NCBI GenBank assembly: GCA_027492035.1
Contig: JAOZFT010000001.1
Location: 1-64,000, forward strand
Reading direction: 5' to 3'
Length of the DNA stretch: 64,000 nucleotides
Source: Thermoproteota archaeon
Lineage (GTDB): Archaea; Korarchaeota; JAOZGF01; JAOZFZ01
Part shown: piece by piece, positions 58,609-64,000 of the stretch
How the letters are laid out: the number at the start of each line of letters is the position of its first letter
Position numbering within the stretch: position 1 is the stretch's first letter
Notes under the pieces: generated by a model
Told to the model about the DNA's origin: nothing
The model's input: the letters and a program-made list of their open reading frames with translations, nothing else
Database searches by the model: none
Program-made: the position numbers and the translations under genes

Positions 58609-60143
58609 TTAATCACCGAAAAGTGTTGATTAGCGTTAATTAATTCCCTCCTTCCCTGAATCAACCATCCATTGGAAGCCTTCGTTTCTCCTATCAAGTA
58701 TTCGGTTTTAGTTTTTCTACCTGTTCTTAAATGGTAGTTTAGTGCTGCCGCTATTAATGGGGAGCATTCGTCAATTCTTTTTTTAAAGAGGCTGCTTTTG
58801 TTTTCGTTTATGAATTGAGTATGGGTTTCTCCCTTGATAAATTTTTTATTTCTGACTAGGTTTCTAAAGAAAGGAATATTGGTTTTGACACCCGTGATTT
58901 CGAATTCTTCCAAGGCGTTACGCATTCTTTTAATTGTTTCCTCCCTGTTTCTTCCCCAAGTGATCAATTTAACTAATAAAGCGTCATAAAATGGAGAAAC
59001 TGTGAAGCCTGGGTAAACTGCACTCTCAATTCTCAACCATCCCCCGCATGGAAACCTTAAACTTTCAATTTTTCCAGATGAAGGAGCAAAATCCCTTTCA
59101 GGATCTTCGGCGTAGATTCTGCATTCCATAGCATGCCCATTTAGTATCAATTTTTCTTGTTTTAAGTTTATTTCCTCTCCATAAGCTATTTTTATTTGTT
59201 CCTTAACTATATCTACGCCTGTAACCATTTCAGTGATAGGGTGTTCAACTTGTATACGGGTATTTGCTTCTAAAAAATAGAAGCTGCCCTCTTCATCTCT
59301 TAAAAACTCTATCGTGCAGACGTTATCATAATTTGCCTCTTTAACAAGTTTCACAGCATCTGAACAGATTTTTCTCCTCACTTCATCATCAACAACTGGT
59401 GAGGGGGTTTCCTCCAATAGTTTCTGATGCCTTCTTTGAATAGAACACTCCCTTTCAAACAAATGAATAACGTTACCGTGTTTATCGCTTAAAATCTGAA
59501 CTTCGACGTGTCTGGGCCTACTTAGTTTTTTTTCAAGGTATAAGGTGGAGTTTCCAAAGGCTTTCAAAGCTTCCATTTTAGCTGATTCAAAAACATTAGC
59601 CAGTTCCCTTTTGTTTTTAATTAACCTCATACCTCTCCCGCCTCCTCCTCCTGAAGCTTTAAGGAGCACTGGATACCCTATTTTATCTGCCTCCTCCACT
59701 GCCTCGCTTAATTCCTTCACTGGTTTAAGGCTTCCAGGAATAATTGACCCCCCAATTTTTTCCATCATTTGTCTGGCGTTTATTTTATCCCCTAACTTTT
59801 CTAAGGCTTCAGGGTTTGAACCAATAAACGTTATCCCTTCTTCTTCACATCTTTTTGCAAAGAAGGCGTTTTCAGCCAAGAAGCCGTAACCGGGGTGAAT
59901 AGCTTCTGAACCTGTCTCTTTACAAACTTTAATTATTTTTTCAATGTTGAGGTAGCTTTCGCTGGGTTTAGCTTCCCCAATTAAGTACGCTTCATCTGCA
60001 AATTTCACATGTAGAGAGTTCAGGTCCACTGTAGAGTAAATGGCAACTGTTTTTATTCCTAATTCTTTACAGGCTCTAATCACTCTTAGAGCTATTTCCC
60101 CTCTATTAGCAACTAAAACTTTCTTAAACAAGGAGCAACACAC
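58560..60143 (-). CDS. accC: Biotin carboxylase subunit of acetyl/propionyl-CoA carboxylase
   Basis: ANRGEIA, HPGYGFLAEN, GGGGRGM, RECSIQRRHQK, E.NTRIQVEH. Confidence 0.93.
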   Translation of the reverse strand: MCCSLFKKVLVANRGEIALRVIRACKELGIKTVAIYSTVDLNSLHVKFADEAYLIGEAKPSESYLNIEKIIKVCKETGSEAIHPGYGFLAENAFFAKRCEEEGITFIGSNPEALEKLGDKINARQMMEKIGGSIIPGSLKPVKELSEAVEEADKIGYPVLLKASGGGGGRGMRLIKNKRELANVFESAKMEALKAFGNSTLYLEKKLSRPRHVEVQILSDKHGNVIHLFERECSIQRRHQKLLEETPSPVVDDEVRRKICSDAVKLVKEANYDNVCTIEFLRDEEGSFYFLEANTRIQVEHPITEMVTGVDIVKEQIKIAYGEEINLKQEKLILNGHAMECRIYAEDPERDFAPSSGKIESLRFPCGGWLRIESAVYPGFTVSPFYDALLVKLITWGRNREETIKRMRNALEEFEITGVKTNIPFFRNLVRNKKFIKGETHTQFINENKSSLFKKRIDECSPLIAAALNYHLRTGRKTKTEYLIGETKASNGWLIQGRRELINANQHFSVIKWLRNSKSQWMGKSSG

Positions 60144-60154
60144 CTTGAAACAGT

Positions 60155-61741
60155 TTAAAGGGGAATATTACAGTGTTTTTTAGGGGGCCTTCTCTCCCTT
60201 TTATTCCTTAAAATTTCGAGGAATTTGATCAAAGCAGGCCTTGTTTCAGCTGGGTCTATTACGTCATCAATATACCCTAACCTGGCTGCCACGTAAGGGT
60301 TAGCGAATTCTTTCCTGTACTCTGAAAGAAGTTTCTCCCTGTATGTTTCAGGGTCAGAAGCTTTAGCTAATTCTTTTCTGAAAATAATGTTTATAGCTCC
60401 ACTTGGACCCATTACTGCTATTTCTGCACTTGGCCAAGCCAGGTTAATATCTGCACCTACATGTTTACTGTTTAAGACATCGTAAGCTCCGCCATATGCC
60501 TTTCTCACAATAACAGTCATTCGAGGCACTGTTGCTTCGCAGAAAGCAAATAAAAGCTTTGAACCATGTTTAATTATTCCTCCATGTTCCTGCGCCGTAC
60601 CTGGAAGGAAACCTGGAACATCAACAAACACAATGAGAGGGATATTAAATGCGTCACAGAACCTTACAAACCTAGCTCCCTTTATTGAAGCATTTATGTC
60701 CAATGCACCAGCCAGGTGGTTAGGTTGATTTGCAACTATCCCTACAGAGTAACCGTTTAACCGAGCAAACCCTGTAATTATGTTTTTAGCCCAGTGTTTA
60801 TGAACTTCCAAAAACTTGCCTTCATCAATTACCCTCCTAATTATTTCTTTCATGTCATAAGGTTTATAAGGGTCTTCAGGCACAATCACTCTTAATTCTT
60901 CGTCTCTTCTAGCAGGGTTATCTTTAGGTTTAGCCCTTGGCGGGTCTTCCATGTTGTTGTTGGGAATGTAACTTAGTAACTCCCTCACTATTCTAAAAGC
61001 CTCTTCTTCATTTTCGGCCAAGAAATGGGCAACACCACTTTTCACATTATGAACTTCAGCTCCCCCTAATTCTTCAAAAGTTATTTCTTCACCTGTTACT
61101 GCTTTAATAACGTTAGGGCCTGTTATAAACATATAACTTGTTCCTTTCACCATTATGATGAAATCTGTAAGTGCAGGTGAATAAACAGCTCCACCGGCAC
61201 ATGGTCCAAGCACAACAGATATTTGAGGAATAACCCCGGAAGCCAAGGTATTCCTGAAGAAAATATAAGCATAACCAGCTAAACTTAAAACCCCCTCCTG
61301 TATCCTCGCACCCCCTGAATCATTTAGACCAATAAAGGGTGCACCCACCTTCATAGCTAAATCCATAACTTTACAGATTTTCTTAGCATGCATTTCACCC
61401 AGTGACCCACCGAAAACGGTGAAGTCTTGGGAAAAAAGAAAAACAAGTCTTCCACTTATTTTACCGTAACCTGTAACTACACCGTCTCCAAAAATTTTCT
61501 TCTCTCCCATCCCAAATTCTGATATTCTGTGCGTAACGAAAGGGTCAATCTCTGTAAATGTCCCTTCATCAACTAAAAGGTTTATTCTTTCACGTGCAGT
61601 TAACTTCCCCCTTTTATGTTGCTCTTCAATTTTCTTTTTCCCTCCTCCAAGTTTTGCCTTCTCTTTCAGCTGTTTTAATTCTTCAATTTTGTCCTTTTCC
61701 ATTAACAATCGACCCCTCAAATACTTCAACAACTTCTCCAT
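60155..61741 (-). CDS. pccB: Acyl-CoA carboxylase carboxyltransferase (PccB/MmdA type)
   Basis: [43 protein letters not shown]. Confidence 0.92.
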   Translation of the reverse strand: MEKLLKYLRGRLLMEKDKIEELKQLKEKAKLGGGKKKIEEQHKRGKLTARERINLLVDEGTFTEIDPFVTHRISEFGMGEKKIFGDGVVTGYGKISGRLVFLFSQDFTVFGGSLGEMHAKKICKVMDLAMKVGAPFIGLNDSGGARIQEGVLSLAGYAYIFFRNTLASGVIPQISVVLGPCAGGAVYSPALTDFIIMVKGTSYMFITGPNVIKAVTGEEITFEELGGAEVHNVKSGVAHFLAENEEEAFRIVRELLSYIPNNNMEDPPRAKPKDNPARRDEELRVIVPEDPYKPYDMKEIIRRVIDEGKFLEVHKHWAKNIITGFARLNGYSVGIVANQPNHLAGALDINASIKGARFVRFCDAFNIPLIVFVDVPGFLPGTAQEHGGIIKHGSKLLFAFCEATVPRMTVIVRKAYGGAYDVLNSKHVGADINLAWPSAEIAVMGPSGAINIIFRKELAKASDPETYREKLLSEYRKEFANPYVAARLGYIDDVIDPAETRPALIKFLEILRNKRERRPPKKHCNIPL

Positions 61742-62495
61742 TCAATTTTTTAATCAATAAACCACCTTTTGGACTTAAAGTTAAAGCTAAGCCTTCAATT
61801 ACTTCCCTGTTACGAATTTTTACTTTTCTCCCAAAGACAGGAGAGAGTTCTCTATAAAGCTTTAATAATTTATCCTTCCCCCCCTTTTCTAGACTAAAGT
61901 AAAGAGAATCGATCTTTTCTAAGAGTTTTTTACATAGATTAAAAAAATCAATTTCGTGTTTTAATTCACTATAAAGAGTTGTTGCGGTTTTTCTTAAAAT
62001 ATGAGGGAAAGACTCGACAGGAAAGTTTATGTTTAAACCTATTCCTCCAATTGCAGCTTCCAAAATGTTTCCTGAGAATTTATTTTCAACTAGGACACCA
62101 CAAACCTTCTTTTCTTCAATTAGGACGTCATTAGGCCATTTAATGGCTGTTTTTACGCCTAAAAACTCCTTTAAAACCAGGGATACAGCAATGCAAAGTA
62201 GATATTGGATAAAGTAAATTGTTTCAGGGTTACGGGGGGAGAAGATAATGGAAAGCCATAACCCCCCCTTCGGAGAAAAAAAATTTTTTCCTTTCCTCCC
62301 CCTCCCTTGGGTTTGAGTATCAGCCAAAACAACTAGCCCCTCCTTAAACCCTTTCTTTAATAGAAAGTAGGCCACGTCATTGGTTGAAGAAACTTTTTCA
62401 AACCAAAAAATATTTGACCCTACAAATTTTGTTTTCAACAATTTTTTCAACTTACTTCCTCTAACAAAGGCTTCATTAAATGAAGGCTTAAACAT
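61683..62495 (-). CDS. birA: Biotin-protein ligase
   Basis: SSTND, QT.GRGR.G, KWPND, KVCGVL. Confidence 0.92.
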   Translation of the reverse strand: MFKPSFNEAFVRGSKLKKLLKTKFVGSNIFWFEKVSSTNDVAYFLLKKGFKEGLVVLADTQTQGRGRKGKNFFSPKGGLWLSIIFSPRNPETIYFIQYLLCIAVSLVLKEFLGVKTAIKWPNDVLIEEKKVCGVLVENKFSGNILEAAIGGIGLNINFPVESFPHILRKTATTLYSELKHEIDFFNLCKKLLEKIDSLYFSLEKGGKDKLLKLYRELSPVFGRKVKIRNREVIEGLALTLSPKGGLLIKKLNGEVVEVFEGSIVNGKGQN

Positions 62496-62540
62496 TCCTA
62501 ATTAAACCCTCCAAAAGTGAAATTACTTGATAAAATTGGT

Positions 62541-63368
62541 TTAAGAGAAGAATATAAGTGGAATGAATAAAATCAGCCAAAACAAAGTAGGTAATGGGAG
62601 GCCAGGCATTACTCCTTTCTTTTCAGCTTCTTTCCTTAAAAGAGCAAGCCCTACATAAAAAGATATTAACGGAAGCGGAGCGAGTGGAAGCTGCAGATAT
62701 CTAAATGGAAGGGAAGCCATTAAAGAGTACGAAATAATGTCACCCATCCCTATTTGAACCTCACCTAGATTTACAAGGAACAAATTAAGATACCCCCTTT
62801 CACTCCTCTCGGATTCCTCACCCAATTTTCCTGCACTTAAAAACTTCTTTAATGGACCTTTATAGACAGACCACAAATCATAAACAGCAAGTAAAACAAC
62901 GAAGATTAAGGGAAAGAAGCTGCCGAAAGTTATAATTAAAGCCGCTGAAAAACCTCCCCCACAAATTATTTTCAAAAGATTAGAATAGAAACCTTTAACC
63001 ATCAAGAAAGTAATAAAAGCAGCCGCTGAAAACATAGGAAGGAGAAGATTTAAGGAAAAAACTATATCGCTGTAGATTAGAAGGGAGAGGGTAGCGAAAT
63101 TCATAAAGAAGAGACCGAGCACCCCCATTGCTTTTATTAGAAGTGCCAGTTTCCACTTTGCAAGAAAAAGAATTAAATAAGTGACTAAGGTTATTCCAAT
63201 GATTAAGGTAATGGAGTAAGAAAAGGATTCAGTTGTAGATAAAGGCAGAATGTATTCTTCTCTGTATCTTAACAGGGAAAAAATGGAGACAAGCTGCGAA
63301 ATAGCTATTAAAAAGGATTCTTTCAAGAAATTTTTCAAAGAAAAACACCTTCCAATATTTCTCACCAA
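62541..63368 (-). CDS. Presenilin-like GxGD intramembrane aspartyl protease (A22)
   Basis: Multi-TM; LAVYDLWSVYKGPL (YD), IGMGDII (GxGD), MPGLPLP (PAL variant). Confidence 0.8.
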   Translation of the reverse strand: MVRNIGRCFSLKNFLKESFLIAISQLVSIFSLLRYREEYILPLSTTESFSYSITLIIGITLVTYLILFLAKWKLALLIKAMGVLGLFFMNFATLSLLIYSDIVFSLNLLLPMFSAAAFITFLMVKGFYSNLLKIICGGGFSAALIITFGSFFPLIFVVLLAVYDLWSVYKGPLKKFLSAGKLGEESERSERGYLNLFLVNLGEVQIGMGDIISYSLMASLPFRYLQLPLAPLPLISFYVGLALLRKEAEKKGVMPGLPLPTLFWLILFIPLIFFS

Positions 63369-63461
63369 CTTTTTAAAGTTAACTTGTGGAAAAGGGAAAA
63401 AGTTTGGGAAGAAAGTTGAAGAGAGACTATTTTCACGAAAATAATTTCACACATATAATTT

Positions 63462-64000
63462 TCACTGCATCCACTTTTTAACAATTGCGACAGTTTCTCT
63501 AAACACTTCATCTATTGATTTGTTGCCATCTACAATTTCTAGAATGCCCTTTTCTCGGTAGTAGTTAATTAGAGGCTCTGTTTTTTTCCTGTACTCCATA
63601 ATTCTTTTTTTAACTATCTCCTCTTTATCATCTTCCCTTTGAAAAAGTTTACTCCCGCACTTGTTGCAGATTTCATCCTTTTTAGGTGGATTAAAAAGTA
63701 AATGATAAACCATTCCACATTTAGGACATTGTCTTCGATAACTTATCCTTTTAATTATTTCTTTTTCGTCAACGTTCAAGTAAATAGCCAAATCAAGTTT
63801 TTCAGGTTTAAGAATTTCCTCTAAAGCCTCAGCTTGAACAGTTGTCCTTGGATACCCATCTAAAATGAACCCTTCACAATCCCTTCTCCTCAATTTCTTT
63901 TTTAGAAGTTCAATAACTATTTTATTTGGCACAAGCAAGCCTTTGTTAAGGTAACTTTTAACTTTATTGCCTAGTTCACTTTCTTCTCTTGAAACCTCCC
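63462..64000 (-). CDS. adk: Adenylate kinase with Zn-lid (5' end outside window)
   Basis: G.LVP, ILDGYPRT..QA, RR.CPKC...CNKC, QREDD; frame open to the window edge. Confidence 0.93.
   Translation of the reverse strand, partial: EVSREESELGNKVKSYLNKGLLVPNKIVIELLKKKLRRRDCEGFILDGYPRTTVQAEALEEILKPEKLDLAIYLNVDEKEIIKRISYRRQCPKCGMVYHLLFNPPKKDEICNKCGSKLFQREDDKEEIVKKRIMEYRKKTEPLINYYREKGILEIVDGNKSIDEVFRETVAIVKKWMQ

Noticed and set aside
1-64000. CRISPR arrays, rRNA/tRNA genes, IS elements, integrases
   Set aside because: No regularly spaced repeats, GC-rich structural RNA islands or transposase/integrase motifs seen by eye; a tRNAscan/Infernal run would be needed to exclude small RNAs

Overview
AT-rich (visually about 35% GC) archaeal chromosome segment, probably from an uncultured anaerobic TACK/Asgard-type archaeon. 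Evidence: Cdc6/Orc1, archaeal IleRS, PPAT, ThiDN, EndoQ, TmcA, a presenilin-like protease and GAGGTGA/GGAGG ribosome-binding sites; the exact lineage cannot be fixed from this window. Main content: a nucleoside/purine ABC system with an HTH-PRTase regulator; a thiamine salvage operon (cytX-thiDN-thiW-NTPase); a nurA-HAS barrel-herA-mre11-rad50 operon; a cold-shock protein; two 4-subunit 2-oxoacid:ferredoxin oxidoreductase operons; a biotin-dependent acyl-CoA carboxylase cluster; several DNA-repair nucleases; and decayed accessory genes (MNT-HEPN, VapBC, PfkB). I saw no rRNA, tRNA, CRISPR array or intact mobile element. Best leads: (1) a DUF89-tmcA-ASCH run that looks like an ac4C writer coupled to an eraser or reader; (2) two unrelated secreted enzymes about 43 kb apart sharing a near-identical TM plus cytoplasmic zinc-ribbon tail, one copy hidden behind a frameshift; (3) the non-canonical five-gene DNA-end-processing operon; (4) a membrane-anchored CdvA-like protein; (5) a structured csp 5' leader; (6) small unannotated Zn-finger and ssDNA-binding-like proteins. 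All family calls come from motif recognition by eye, not database searches.
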